DNA from: an uncultured bacterium
Lineage (GTDB): Bacteria > Margulisbacteria > WOR-1 > CAVSGV01
Direction of reading: 5' to 3'
Length of the DNA stretch: 64,000 bases
Assembly: GCA_963727815.1 (NCBI GenBank)
Contig: CAVSGV010000006.1
Location: 28,541 to 92,540, forward strand
Every line of letters begins with the position of its first letter. The first letter of the stretch is position 1. The translations under genes were made by a program, and so were the position numbers. Under the pieces are notes generated by a model. The model made no database searches. It worked only from the letters and a program-made list of their open reading frames with translations, and had not been told where the DNA came from. Shown here piece by piece: positions 18,631 to 27,974 of the stretch.

Positions 18631-20216
18631 TTTATGTTCCTTTGAGATATCAATCTCGGCTTGACCCTGAATAACCTGACGAACAGCTTCGCTTTTCTTT
18701 CGAATGCCCACGTATCAAGCGATATCATCCTTCTCGCGTGATAATAGATCTTTACTTTCCTTTTGTTCATGACGACCTTTATCTTCCGTATCCTCTGCAG
18801 ATGGTCCCTGTCAAGCGCGTCGGCGATCCTTAAGATGGACGCTAGCCTCGCGACTATCTTCCGGTTCTCGCTGCTCAACTTCATGAACTGGTCGTGTCTT
18901 ACCGTAGGCTCGCTTTTTCTGTGATATCTCGCTATGTTAGCGGCCATCACCATGTCGAGCGGCGAAAAGCTGGGAAGCTCGAACTGCGAGATCATGTACA
19001 TGGAATGTTTATGGTGGTTCTTGTAGCTGATGCACGTCCCGATATCGTGGAGCAGCGACGCGGCAAGGAGGAGCTTCCTTTCGTACGGGCCGAGCTTATG
19101 CAGGCTTCGTAATTGATCGAAAAGCGAGAGCGACAGCTTGGACACATGAGATCCGTGTTTCTCCTCAAAATTGAACTTTCTTCCAAGGTTAAGGGCGGAT
19201 TCACAGATCATTTTCTCGTGTTCTTTTATCCATTCTCCTCTTTTGGATATCTCCCGCATGAGGTCGATTATGACGCCTTCCTTCACGCCGACGAAAGGAA
19301 CGGTTATCGATTTCGCTTTGACCTGGTTCGCCACGTGGGAATAGACCATGGCGGCCGGAAGTATCACGTCGGCCTTATCGCTGCTCAATGAAAATCTCTT
19401 CATCCTTTCTTTTTCGGAATACTTTGACAGCTGTTCGGCGAAGTTCTTCAGTTTCTTGACGTTTATTATCCGAACGCCCTGATTATCGGGGGTCGAGCCG
19501 ATGAGATGGCTTATCCTTTCGATATTGCCTCCTGTCGCTATGATTCTGCGGCAGCGGAAAGCTTTTTTTATCTTGAAGATGGATATGAATTCCTTAAGCA
19601 GCTTATAGAACCTTTTTGGGTCGTTCCTCGCGATATCGAATTCCTCAAGAAGCCTTACCGCGCCGATGCCCCTTGATTCCGTCTGTTTTATGCCTTTTCC
19701 GTCGACCAGCGATATCTCAACGCTGCCGCCGCCAAGGTCCATCAGAAGTGATCGGCCAGATTGAAGGTTAATCTTTTCCCGGACCGACAGATATGCCAAT
19801 CTGGCTTCTTCTATGCTTGATATTATTTCTATCCTGATGCCGATCTTTTTTCTTGCATTATCAATGAGCTCTTTTCCGTTCTTCGCTTCTCTTAAAGCGC
19901 TGGTGGCCACAGCCCTGTAGTAAGAAACGTTGAATGACATCATTTTCGCGTTTATTACGCTAAGCACGGAGAGGGCATCGCCGATCGTCTTCTTGTCGAG
20001 ATACCCGCCGAGAAAAACGCTTTTCCCCAGCCTTAACGGGAATCTCTCGGAATATATCGGCGAGTATTGTTCCGGTCCGTAGAATTCGGATATTTGCAGA
20101 CGAACGGCGTTCGACCCGATGCCAACTGCAGCCACCATGACGGGAAAAGGTTTCAGCGGCGCGGTTTTTTGCGGATCCTTGCTATATAGACGGTTTTTCC
20201 ACCCAATCCTTGCCAA
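18627..20216 (-). CDS. ppx: exopolyphosphatase / guanosine pentaphosphate phosphohydrolase family protein with HD domain
   Basis: Ppx/GppA ASKHA-fold N-terminus (VGIGSNAVRLQI...DLGGGSVE) and C-terminal HD region (LLHDIG). The alternative start at 20138 (MVAAVGIGSN) would remove the 35-nt overlap with phoU. Confidence 0.85.
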   Translation of the reverse strand: MARIGWKNRLYSKDPQKTAPLKPFPVMVAAVGIGSNAVRLQISEFYGPEQYSPIYSERFPLRLGKSVFLGGYLDKKTIGDALSVLSVINAKMMSFNVSYYRAVATSALREAKNGKELIDNARKKIGIRIEIISSIEEARLAYLSVREKINLQSGRSLLMDLGGGSVEISLVDGKGIKQTESRGIGAVRLLEEFDIARNDPKRFYKLLKEFISIFKIKKAFRCRRIIATGGNIERISHLIGSTPDNQGVRIINVKKLKNFAEQLSKYSEKERMKRFSLSSDKADVILPAAMVYSHVANQVKAKSITVPFVGVKEGVIIDLMREISKRGEWIKEHEKMICESALNLGRKFNFEEKHGSHVSKLSLSLFDQLRSLHKLGPYERKLLLAASLLHDIGTCISYKNHHKHSMYMISQFELPSFSPLDMVMAANIARYHRKSEPTVRHDQFMKLSSENRKIVARLASILRIADALDRDHLQRIRKIKVVMNKRKVKIYYHARRMISLDTWAFERKAKLFVRLFRVKPRLISQRNIK

Positions 20217-20895
20217 TGAATTTCCTCAATTCTTCTATGTTGTGTTTGATCATTTTCGCTTCGACCATGTATACCACGTCCTCGGCTATGTTCGTCGCGT
20301 GGTCGCATATCCTTTCGAGGTACCTGGCTATGAATATCAATATTACCGATTGCGGAATGACCTTTGGGTTCTTCTGCATAAGAGAGATGAGCTCTTCCTG
20401 GATAAGGTCCCTGTAATGGTCCGCTTCATCGTCCGCTTTCCACACTTCCCTCGCCAGATTTATGTCCCTCTTGATGAACGCGTCTATCGCCCCGCTTACC
20501 ATCCTCTTTGTGACTTCGGCGAATTTCGGAATGTCGACGAGCGGTTTCGGGAACGGATATGCCAGCATCTCAAGCGATCTCTCCGCGATGTCCACCGAAA
20601 GATCGCCGATCCTTTCCAGGTCGGTTATAAGCTTCATTACGCTCGCTATCATCCTCAGGTCGACCGCCATAGGCTGGAACAGAGCGAGCAGGTCCACGCA
20701 TTTCTCGTCGATATCGACCTCAAGCTTGTTTATCCTGTCGTCGCCTCTTATCACGTTCTTCGCCATCTCTTCATCCTTGGTCTTGAGCGATTGGATGGAG
20801 TTGTTTATGGATTCCTCCACGTACATTCCCATCTCGGCTATCATTTTTTTCAGTTGCTGCAGTTCGTCGTCAAAATGCCTATGTTCAGCGAACAT
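20182..20895 (-). CDS. phoU: phosphate signalling complex protein PhoU (copy 1)
   Basis: 237 aa, directly downstream of pstB, with the PhoU repeat motifs DDRINKLEV and DLERIGDLSVDIAE. Confidence 0.9.
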   Translation of the reverse strand: MFAEHRHFDDELQQLKKMIAEMGMYVEESINNSIQSLKTKDEEMAKNVIRGDDRINKLEVDIDEKCVDLLALFQPMAVDLRMIASVMKLITDLERIGDLSVDIAERSLEMLAYPFPKPLVDIPKFAEVTKRMVSGAIDAFIKRDINLAREVWKADDEADHYRDLIQEELISLMQKNPKVIPQSVILIFIARYLERICDHATNIAEDVVYMVEAKMIKHNIEELRKFIGKDWVEKPSI

Positions 20896-20933
20896 GTGTT
20901 CCTCCTTTATTTTACCCTGAGCTTGTCGAAGGG

Positions 20934-21698
20934 TTATCCGAATCTTCCGGTGACATAATCTTCGGTTCTCTTGTTCTTCGGAGCCGTAAAAATATTATTG
21001 GTGATGTCAAATTCGATCAACTCGCCCATCAAAAAGAAACCAGTGACGTCCGATACTCTCGCCGCCTGCTGCATGTTGTGGGTAACGATGACGATGGTAT
21101 ATTTATTTTTCAGCTCGTGTATCAGTTCCTCGATCTTTCCCGTGGAGATAGGATCGAGAGCGGATGCGGGCTCGTCCATCAAGAGAATGTCCGGCTTTAT
21201 CGCCAGCGCCCTCGCGATGCACAGCCTCTGCTGCTGGCCGCCGGAAAGGTCCAGCGCGTTCTTGTCCAGGCTGTCCTTCACCTCGTCCCATATCGCCGCC
21301 GCCTTAAGGCTTTCCATCACCATGCGGTCGAGTTCGTCCTTTGACGTTGTGATCTTGTTGATCTTAAGGCCGTACGCAACGTTCTCGTATATCGATTTGG
21401 GGAACGGGTTGGATTTCTGGAAGACCATTCCCACTTTCCTTCTTATCGCGGTAACGTCGATCTCCGGAGCGTAAATATCCTGGCCTTCGATCTCGATCTT
21501 TCCTTCTATCCTCGTGTTCTTTATTATGTCGTTCATGCGGTTGAGCGATCTTAAGAACGTTGATTTGCCGCAGCCGGAAGGGCCGATGAGCGCGCTTACC
21601 TTGTTCTTATGCAGAGAAAGGTTGATGTTCTTCAGCGCCTTTTCGCCGCCGTAATAAAAATTGAAATCGGTCACCTTTACAGCAATATCATTGTCCAT
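20934..21698 (-). CDS. pstB: phosphate ABC transporter ATP-binding protein
   Basis: Walker [10 protein letters not shown], signature LSGGQQQRL, Walker [12 protein letters not shown] and the PstB-typical C-terminus [10 protein letters not shown]. Confidence 0.95.
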   Translation of the reverse strand: MDNDIAVKVTDFNFYYGGEKALKNINLSLHKNKVSALIGPSGCGKSTFLRSLNRMNDIIKNTRIEGKIEIEGQDIYAPEIDVTAIRRKVGMVFQKSNPFPKSIYENVAYGLKINKITTSKDELDRMVMESLKAAAIWDEVKDSLDKNALDLSGGQQQRLCIARALAIKPDILLMDEPASALDPISTGKIEELIHELKNKYTIVIVTHNMQQAARVSDVTGFFLMGELIEFDITNNIFTAPKNKRTEDYVTGRFG

Positions 21699-22562
21699 TT
21701 ATATTCTCCTTATCTGCCTGAATTTATATCGAATGTAGATCGCTATCGAATTGAACAGAAGGACGAAGAACACGAGCACCGCGGCGGTCCCGTAAGCCAG
21801 CGGACGCACCTTGATGATGTCGACGTGCTGGGTGGACATGACGAAAAGATGGTAAGGCAGCGCCATGTACTGGTCGAATATCGATGACGGAAGATGCGGG
21901 ATATAGAACGCGACCCCGGTGAAAAGCAGCGGCGCCGTTTCTCCCGTGGCTCTTGATAATCCCAGTATCGCGCCGGTCAGGATGCCGGGGATCGAATACG
22001 GCAGGACCGATGTCCTTATCATCTGCCATTTTGTCGCCCCAAGCGCAAGAGCTCCGGCCCTGTAAGCGTCCGGGACGGCTTTCAGCGCTTCTTCGCTGGC
22101 GGTTATCGTCCACGGAAGCGTAAGCAGGCCCATCGTAAGGCCGGATGCGATGACCGACGTGCCCATGCGCATCGAATTGACGAAAAGGGCGACCCCGAAA
22201 AGGCCGTAAACGATGGACGGAACGCCGGAGAGATTCCTGATGGAAAGTCTTATCACGCGGTTGATGGTCGTGTCTTTCGCGTATTCGTTCAGATATATTG
22301 CCGCGAAAACGCCGACCGGAATTGCGAAGAGAGCGGTAATGAAGGTCACGTAGAAAGTTCCCACGATGCACGGGAATATTCCGCCCTTCGTCATGCCCTC
22401 GCGCGGCGCGGTGAAAATGAACTGCGGGGTGATGACGCCTGCTCCTTTTATGAGTATGTCGATGACGATCCATGCGATGATGGCGATGACAAGAAAGACC
22501 GGTATCATTATCAGCCAGTTGATCAAGCCTTCGTATTTTTTCAGTTTGGATACGTTCGCCAT
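21699..22562 (-). CDS. pstA: phosphate ABC transporter permease PstA
   Basis: Polytopic permease with an EAA-like loop (EEALKAVPDAYRAGALALGATKWQ), positioned between pstC and pstB. Confidence 0.9.
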   Translation of the reverse strand: MANVSKLKKYEGLINWLIMIPVFLVIAIIAWIVIDILIKGAGVITPQFIFTAPREGMTKGGIFPCIVGTFYVTFITALFAIPVGVFAAIYLNEYAKDTTINRVIRLSIRNLSGVPSIVYGLFGVALFVNSMRMGTSVIASGLTMGLLTLPWTITASEEALKAVPDAYRAGALALGATKWQMIRTSVLPYSIPGILTGAILGLSRATGETAPLLFTGVAFYIPHLPSSIFDQYMALPYHLFVMSTQHVDIIKVRPLAYGTAAVLVFFVLLFNSIAIYIRYKFRQIRRI

Positions 22563-22563
22563 G

Positions 22564-23445
22564 TCAGTATTTTTTAACCCTGTGAGTAAAGTAATCAGCC
22601 GCCAGGTTCACGATGAAAGTTATTATGAAAACGTACAATCCCAGAGCGAACAGCGCGTAATAATGGGTGGTATCATAGGGCACTTCGCCGAGTTCCGTCG
22701 CGATGTTGGCGGTCAGCGTCCTCACCGAATCGAAGAAAGACATCGGCATGGCGGCAGCGTTCCCGGTAGCCATTAGGACGGTCATGGTCTCCCCTATTGC
22801 GCGCCCCATTCCCAGCATTATCGACGCCAGTATCCCCGATGATGCCGCCGGAAGAGTGACGAAGAATAGCGTCTGCCACTTGTTGGCGCCAAGAGCGTAG
22901 GAGCCTTCCTTGTAGAAATTCGGGACCATTAATATGGCGTCTTCGGAAATGCTGATGATCGTTGGAAGCGCCATTATCCCCAGAAGGAAAGAACCGTTGA
23001 GCGCGTTGAGTCCGTTGGAGAGATGGAATATCCTGGCGATTATCGGTGAAACCACCACGATGCCGAGGAAGCCGAGGACGACCGACGGTATCCCGGAGAG
23101 TATCTCGATGACGGGCTTGATTATCTCCCGCTCTCTGGGACCGGCTATTTCCGCCATGTATGCGGCCGTAAAGATGCCGATGGGAACCGCAAATATCAGC
23201 GCACCTATAGTAACCATGAACGTTCCCACCAGCATTGCGAGTATCCCGTAAGTTGATTCACTGTAGCCGTCGGGATTCCAGATGGGTTTAAGGAAATCCA
23301 GGATCGGTATCGCCTTGAACGCGGGAATGGAATTGACGATGAGGAGCACGAATATCCCAGCGAGGACGATTATCGACAGGAAAGCGCTGAAAAGGAACAA
23401 TCCCTCGAGCGCTTTCTCATAATAATTCTTTTTTAATTTTTTCAA
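22564..23445 (-). CDS. pstC: phosphate ABC transporter permease PstC
   Basis: Polytopic permease (SEDAILMVPNFYKEGSYALGANKWQT), positioned between pstS and pstA. Confidence 0.9.
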   Translation of the reverse strand: MKKLKKNYYEKALEGLFLFSAFLSIIVLAGIFVLLIVNSIPAFKAIPILDFLKPIWNPDGYSESTYGILAMLVGTFMVTIGALIFAVPIGIFTAAYMAEIAGPREREIIKPVIEILSGIPSVVLGFLGIVVVSPIIARIFHLSNGLNALNGSFLLGIMALPTIISISEDAILMVPNFYKEGSYALGANKWQTLFFVTLPAASSGILASIMLGMGRAIGETMTVLMATGNAAAMPMSFFDSVRTLTANIATELGEVPYDTTHYYALFALGLYVFIITFIVNLAADYFTHRVKKY

Positions 23446-23542
23446 TATGCACCTTTATCTTGGAGCCTATAAAGCCGAGAGCCGCCCCGATGGGTCGGGG
23501 CAGCTCAAGGCTATGAAGAAACCATTTAGCTAATCCTGAGGA

Positions 23543-24433
23543 CTATTTCAGGTTAGCCTCATTCACCTGTACATAATTAGGCGTGATCGCGTAAAAGCCC
23601 TGCGATTTCAATATCGCCTGGCCCGCGGCTGAAAGCTCGAAATCTATGAACGCTCTCAGATCGCCCGACGGCTTGCCGTTGAAATAATGGTACAGCGGCC
23701 TTGCTATCGGATATTTTCCGCTCAACACATCAGCCTCGACCAGCGGTGAGACCGCGTCGCTTCCTGCCTGTGCAGCTATGCTCAACACGGAGATACCGTC
23801 AATGGTCTTGTTGGTAGTGGTATCCTGCGTGTATCCAACACCCACATATCCTATTCCCGCCCTGTCCGCTTTGACCGCATCCACTATCTGCGAGTTTCCG
23901 CTCATCCTGTTCATTTTCATGGAATACTCGCCCTTCATGACGTTCTGGCGGAAATAAACGAAAGTGCCGGAGCTGGCCTGCCTGCCGTAAAGTGAAATGG
24001 CCATATCCGCACCGCCCACGTCTTTCCAATTCGTTATTTCGCCTTTATATATCTTCGCTACCTGGTCCACGGTAAGCGAACTTACCTTATTGGCCTTGTT
24101 CACTACTATCGAGAGGCCGTCTATTCCGAACACTATGTAATTGACGTCTATTCCTCTCGCGCGGCACTGGACCACCTCACTGGGTAATATCGCCCTTGAG
24201 GCTATTGCCATGTCCGCTTTGCTGTTTATCAGCGCCGCGAATCCCGTTCCGGAACCCCCGCCAGTGACGGCTATGGACGTTCCCTCGTTCTGGTTCATGA
24301 ACGCTTCCGCGATCGCCTGCACCGCGTTAAGCTCCGTATCGGATCCTTTTATCTGGAGCGTGTTCGCGAACGCAGCTGAACAGAACATTATCGCTACGAT
24401 CGCAATGAGCGATCCTGTTATCAACTTTTTCAT
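23543..24433 (-). CDS. pstS: phosphate ABC transporter substrate-binding protein
   Basis: Signal peptide followed by IKGSDTELNAVQAIAEAF...TGGGSGTG, a PstS/PBP-like pattern. It is the first transporter gene of the pst cluster. Confidence 0.9.
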   Translation of the reverse strand: MKKLITGSLIAIVAIMFCSAAFANTLQIKGSDTELNAVQAIAEAFMNQNEGTSIAVTGGGSGTGFAALINSKADMAIASRAILPSEVVQCRARGIDVNYIVFGIDGLSIVVNKANKVSSLTVDQVAKIYKGEITNWKDVGGADMAISLYGRQASSGTFVYFRQNVMKGEYSMKMNRMSGNSQIVDAVKADRAGIGYVGVGYTQDTTTNKTIDGISVLSIAAQAGSDAVSPLVEADVLSGKYPIARPLYHYFNGKPSGDLRAFIDFELSAAGQAILKSQGFYAITPNYVQVNEANLK

Positions 24434-24488
24434 TTTAATTCCCTCCTTGTCATTAAGTCATTAACACATTATATTATCGGCCAATTCC

Positions 24489-24527
24489 GTTACAGTAATG
24501 TTAAATCCCTGTAACATTCCCGTTAAT
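24489..24527. promoter_or_regulatory. candidate Pho-box array upstream of pstS
   Basis: Four hexamers at exactly 11-bp spacing: GTTACA 24489, GTTAAA 24500, GTAACA 24511 and GTTAAT 24522. A minus-strand TATAAT lies at 24473-24468, 15 bp from the nearest hexamer, with no obvious -35. Confidence 0.5.
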
Positions 24528-25636
24528 TAGTACGACCACTTCACCTGGAACACTGTCTGATACTGCGTATAGGCTGCATTGGTACTGGCGTTGTAGGGGG
24601 TCGCTCCTCCACCAAGCTGATTGCCGCAAGCATACGTCAGTTTGGACGAGTTCAACTGGAAGAGCAGGTCGGTCGTCCAGTGGTAATTCACAGCGTATAT
24701 CATCAGGTCCTGTGAATTTGTCCTTATATCGCCGTTGCCCGTTAACGCAAGGTCGGAATAAAGCTGATTGTCGACGTCTGGATTGTAAACGTCTTCTCTC
24801 ACACCGATATCCCACTTGTCGTTGATCGTCCACATAACTAACTTTGAGTTGCCCTGAACATGGTAGCTTTGAGTATCCGCTGCATTGGGTTTCATGCCGT
24901 CGACGCCTTCCCACATGAACCAGAGAGGACCGGCATAGTAGTTCACCGCTAGGCCGTTATACCATTTTCCGGTGACCGTATTCTGGTAAGTGGTAGCGTC
25001 GCTGCTCCCTACCAACGAGTTGTACAATGATCCTCTGATCGAAAGACCCGGTAACGGATACAGGCCTAAACTGATGTCTGTCGCTGTGTTATTGTCCGTC
25101 TCAGTCGGTTTTGCGTAACCGTTGCCGCCGTATGCCGCGACCTGGTAATCGGCCCAACCTCCCGGAAAATATCCCTGCAATGACATTCCTAGGTCGGCGC
25201 TGGAGATCAATCCGAGATTGTCCTCAAGGTTCTTGTATATCATCGGATACTGCCATTTATCGATCATGGCGAAATATACCGGCTGTTGTCCAAACCTGGC
25301 AAATCCGCCTTCCGGAAGAAGGTTAAGGATGTCAACATAAGCGGATTTCACGAACGCGGTCCAGTCATCGTTGGTCGTATTGCCCGACTTCATCGGAATG
25401 TCCAATGTTAAATTGCCAGCGAGGTTATCCTCGTAGCTCATTTTCCAGGTCATGTAGGCCCTTTCAATGGACATTTTTGAAGTGTTCGTCTGTTCATCCG
25501 AGTATATCTGGTTGTTCCCGGTATCCCTGAACCATGTGTAGCCGGAGAACTGAATGTCGCTCGCCGCGGCGAAAACGCCCGGCACAAATATCGACATTAT
25601 CAGCATTGACAGACACAGTAACTTTAACGTTTTCAT
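24527..25636 (-). CDS. putative outer-membrane beta-barrel porin, first gene of the pst operon
   Basis: Signal peptide (FVPGVFAAAS), alternating Tyr/Gly/Asn-rich pattern throughout and an aromatic C-terminal residue (...FQVKWSY). The position suggests a phosphate-regulated porin. No specific family was verified. Confidence 0.55.
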   Translation of the reverse strand: MKTLKLLCLSMLIMSIFVPGVFAAASDIQFSGYTWFRDTGNNQIYSDEQTNTSKMSIERAYMTWKMSYEDNLAGNLTLDIPMKSGNTTNDDWTAFVKSAYVDILNLLPEGGFARFGQQPVYFAMIDKWQYPMIYKNLEDNLGLISSADLGMSLQGYFPGGWADYQVAAYGGNGYAKPTETDNNTATDISLGLYPLPGLSIRGSLYNSLVGSSDATTYQNTVTGKWYNGLAVNYYAGPLWFMWEGVDGMKPNAADTQSYHVQGNSKLVMWTINDKWDIGVREDVYNPDVDNQLYSDLALTGNGDIRTNSQDLMIYAVNYHWTTDLLFQLNSSKLTYACGNQLGGGATPYNASTNAAYTQYQTVFQVKWSY

Positions 25637-25756
25637 TTATCGTTCACTCTCCTTGTTCGTTTCGTTGACCCGGACATAATGGTTCCTTCCGTATTATCAC
25701 CTCCCGCTTTTTTCGCTTTTACGATCTTCATCGCGGGTAATAATAAAGCAGGCGCG

Positions 25757-25795
25757 TTACAGGAATATGTAGCGATTGTTACAAGAAGGTAAATT
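25757..25795. promoter_or_regulatory. candidate Pho-box array upstream of the porin gene
   Basis: GTTACA at 25757 and GTTACA at 25779 (22 bp apart), with weaker units ATGTAG at 25768 and GTAAAT at 25790. A minus-strand TATTAT lies at 25746-25741. Confidence 0.4.
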
Positions 25796-25802
25796 AAACT
25801 AT

Positions 25803-25891
25803 GTCACCCTGAACGAAGTGAAGGGTCTGAATTTAAAATGCAGATTCTTCGCTTCGCTCAGAATGACAAGAGCCGAAGGGCTCAGGATGAC
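25803..25891. repeat. REP-like inverted-repeat element, copy 2 (three arms)
   Basis: Arms gtcaccctgaacgaagtgaagggtctg (25803-25829), cagattcttcgcttcgctcagaatgac (25841-25867) and agccgaagggctcaggatgac (25871-25891). It lies directly after the phoR stop. Confidence 0.85.
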
Positions 25892-25892
25892 G

Positions 25893-27224
25893 TTAGGGGG
25901 CTTTTTTCAGAGTGAAAGTGAACGTGGAGCCTTCATTGATGCGGCTCGAAACGGAGACCTTCCCGCCGTAAAGCTCGATGATGTGCTTCACTATGGAAAG
26001 TCCCAGACCCGTGCCGCCCAATTCCCTCGATCTGGCTTTATCCGTTGTGTAGAACCTTTCGAAGATCCTGGGAAGATGTTCTTCTTCTATGCCGATGCCG
26101 GTGTCGGCGACGGAGAACCTGGAATATCCGTTCTCGCTCTTTCCGCTGATAGTTATCGAACCGCTCGTTTTGTTGTATTTCACCGCGTTGTCCAGCAGGT
26201 TAAGGAATACGCGGAAGAGATGGTCCTCCGAACAGAACACGCTCATGGCATCGCTCTCGAGATCTATCTTGACGTTTATCTTCTTATCATTGATCTTGGA
26301 TGAAACCGTGTCGATGGCGCGCTCGATCACATCTTTGACCTTTATGGACCTTACTTCTTTCGGCCTGCCGCTTTCTTCAAGGCTTGAAAGCTCAAGGATG
26401 TCGTCAATAAGGGCGGAAAGCCTTTCGGAATTCTTCACGATCTTTTTAAGGAAATCGATATTGTGCTCCTTGTCGTTGACGGCGCCGTCAAGCAGCGTCT
26501 CCGCGGACGACTTGATCGATGTGAGCGGCGTCTTCAGTTCGTGCGATACGTTCGACGTGAATTCGCTCCTGATGTTCTCAAGCTCCTTGATCCTCGTTAT
26601 GTCGTTCAGGACCGCCATCGCTCCTCCCCCGCCTATCGGAACGGTATGGACCAGAAGATGTTTTTCTTCCGGCTGGGTCACGGATATCTGTATCTCGTTC
26701 GCGCTTTTGCCGGACATGACAGACCTTATCGAAGCCGTAAGCTCCGGCTGTCTTATTCTCTCTATGAAGTCGCGGCCGAGCACCTCGCTCTCATTCAAGC
26801 TGAGCAGTTTTTCCGCGGCGCTGTTAATAAGTATGACGTTCTCGTTCCCGTCAATGGCTATGACGCCTTCGGCCATGGATGACAGTATCGCTTTCATCCT
26901 GTCCTTTGATGAAGAAAGTTCATCTATGGTCCTGGAAAGCCTTTCCTGAAGCTCGTTGATGGAATCCTCTATTCTCCTGAATTCTGAGCGGGTATTGGAC
27001 CTTATATGCTTGAATTTGCCGACTGAAATGTCGAATATCTCATCGGAGATCCTGTCGATGTTCGATATGAAGAATGATGAGAGCCATGTGGAGTAAACTG
27101 TAATGATCACAAGGATCAACGTGATACTTAAGAGAGAAACTTGCGCGAAGACGACTATCACTATGCTCAGTACGAGGACCGCCGCGTATGACAGGAATAT
27201 TTTCCAGTAGATATTTTCTTCCAT
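25893..27224 (-). CDS. phoR: phosphate regulon sensor histidine kinase
   Basis: N-terminal TM region, PAS-like segment, H-box FTSNVSHELKTPLTSI, and N/G boxes LLDNAVKY and DTGIGI...GGTGLGLSIV. It is adjacent to the phoB-like regulator and the pst operon. Confidence 0.85.
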   Translation of the reverse strand: MEENIYWKIFLSYAAVLVLSIVIVVFAQVSLLSITLILVIITVYSTWLSSFFISNIDRISDEIFDISVGKFKHIRSNTRSEFRRIEDSINELQERLSRTIDELSSSKDRMKAILSSMAEGVIAIDGNENVILINSAAEKLLSLNESEVLGRDFIERIRQPELTASIRSVMSGKSANEIQISVTQPEEKHLLVHTVPIGGGGAMAVLNDITRIKELENIRSEFTSNVSHELKTPLTSIKSSAETLLDGAVNDKEHNIDFLKKIVKNSERLSALIDDILELSSLEESGRPKEVRSIKVKDVIERAIDTVSSKINDKKINVKIDLESDAMSVFCSEDHLFRVFLNLLDNAVKYNKTSGSITISGKSENGYSRFSVADTGIGIEEEHLPRIFERFYTTDKARSRELGGTGLGLSIVKHIIELYGGKVSVSSRINEGSTFTFTLKKAP

Positions 27225-27911
27225 TCAGTCCTTCAGCTTGTAGCCAAAGCCTCTTATGGTCTGGATGTGGTCACCCGCTTTGCCGAGCTTTTCCCGGAGC
27301 CTCTTAACGTGGACGTCCACCGTTCGCGTTTCTACCGCGGCCTGAATGCCCCACACGTCGTCGAGCAGCCTCTCCCGCGAGAACACCTTGTTCCTGTTCG
27401 AGGCAAAGAATTCCAGGAGCTTGAACTCTTTTGCCGAGAGCTCGATGGGTTTTCCCTTTACCGTCACCTCATGCCGGTCCATGTCCATCTTCACGTCGGC
27501 GAAAGAGATCATCGATTTCGCTTTCTCGCCTTTCGGCACGGCTGAATATCTTCTCAGTATCGCCTTTATCCTCGCTACAAGCTCTTTCATGCTGAACGGT
27601 TTTACGATGTAATCGTCGGCGCCCACTTCAAGTCCCACCACCTTGTCCACTTCCTGCTTTTTCGCGGTGAGCATTATTACGGGGATCTTGGCGGTCTTCG
27701 GGTCCTTTTTCAGCGCCTTGCACAGCTCGATGCCGCTGAGTCCCGGCAGCATGAGGTCCAGAAGAACTAGGTCCGGGATTATCTCTTTGGCGAGCTTCAA
27801 TCCGTTGATGCCGTCGAAGCTTTTATGAGTAGCGAAGCCTTCCTTCTTCAGGTTGTATTCGATGGTCTCAACTATGTCTTTTTCGTCGTCTATTATAAGG
27901 ATGTCTAACAT
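27225..27911 (-). CDS. phoB: OmpR/PhoB-family response regulator
   Basis: Receiver domain (ILIIDDE...DLVLLDLMLPG...MLTAK) plus a winged-helix output domain (LSAKEFKLLEFF...VDVHVKRLREKL...TIRGFGYKL). Confidence 0.9.
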   Translation of the reverse strand: MLDILIIDDEKDIVETIEYNLKKEGFATHKSFDGINGLKLAKEIIPDLVLLDLMLPGLSGIELCKALKKDPKTAKIPVIMLTAKKQEVDKVVGLEVGADDYIVKPFSMKELVARIKAILRRYSAVPKGEKAKSMISFADVKMDMDRHEVTVKGKPIELSAKEFKLLEFFASNRNKVFSRERLLDDVWGIQAAVETRTVDVHVKRLREKLGKAGDHIQTIRGFGYKLKD

Positions 27912-27974
27912 ATATATACTTTACAACATGGCAGCGGCATTATCAAATATGAAGAGAAGCTTTGCCCGCTCGGC

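Noticed and set aside
27912-27974. Looked for a GTTACA-type Pho-box array upstream of phoB.
   Set aside because: Only a single TTTACA-like hexamer is present, with no 11-bp phased partners. This is not enough to call autoregulation.
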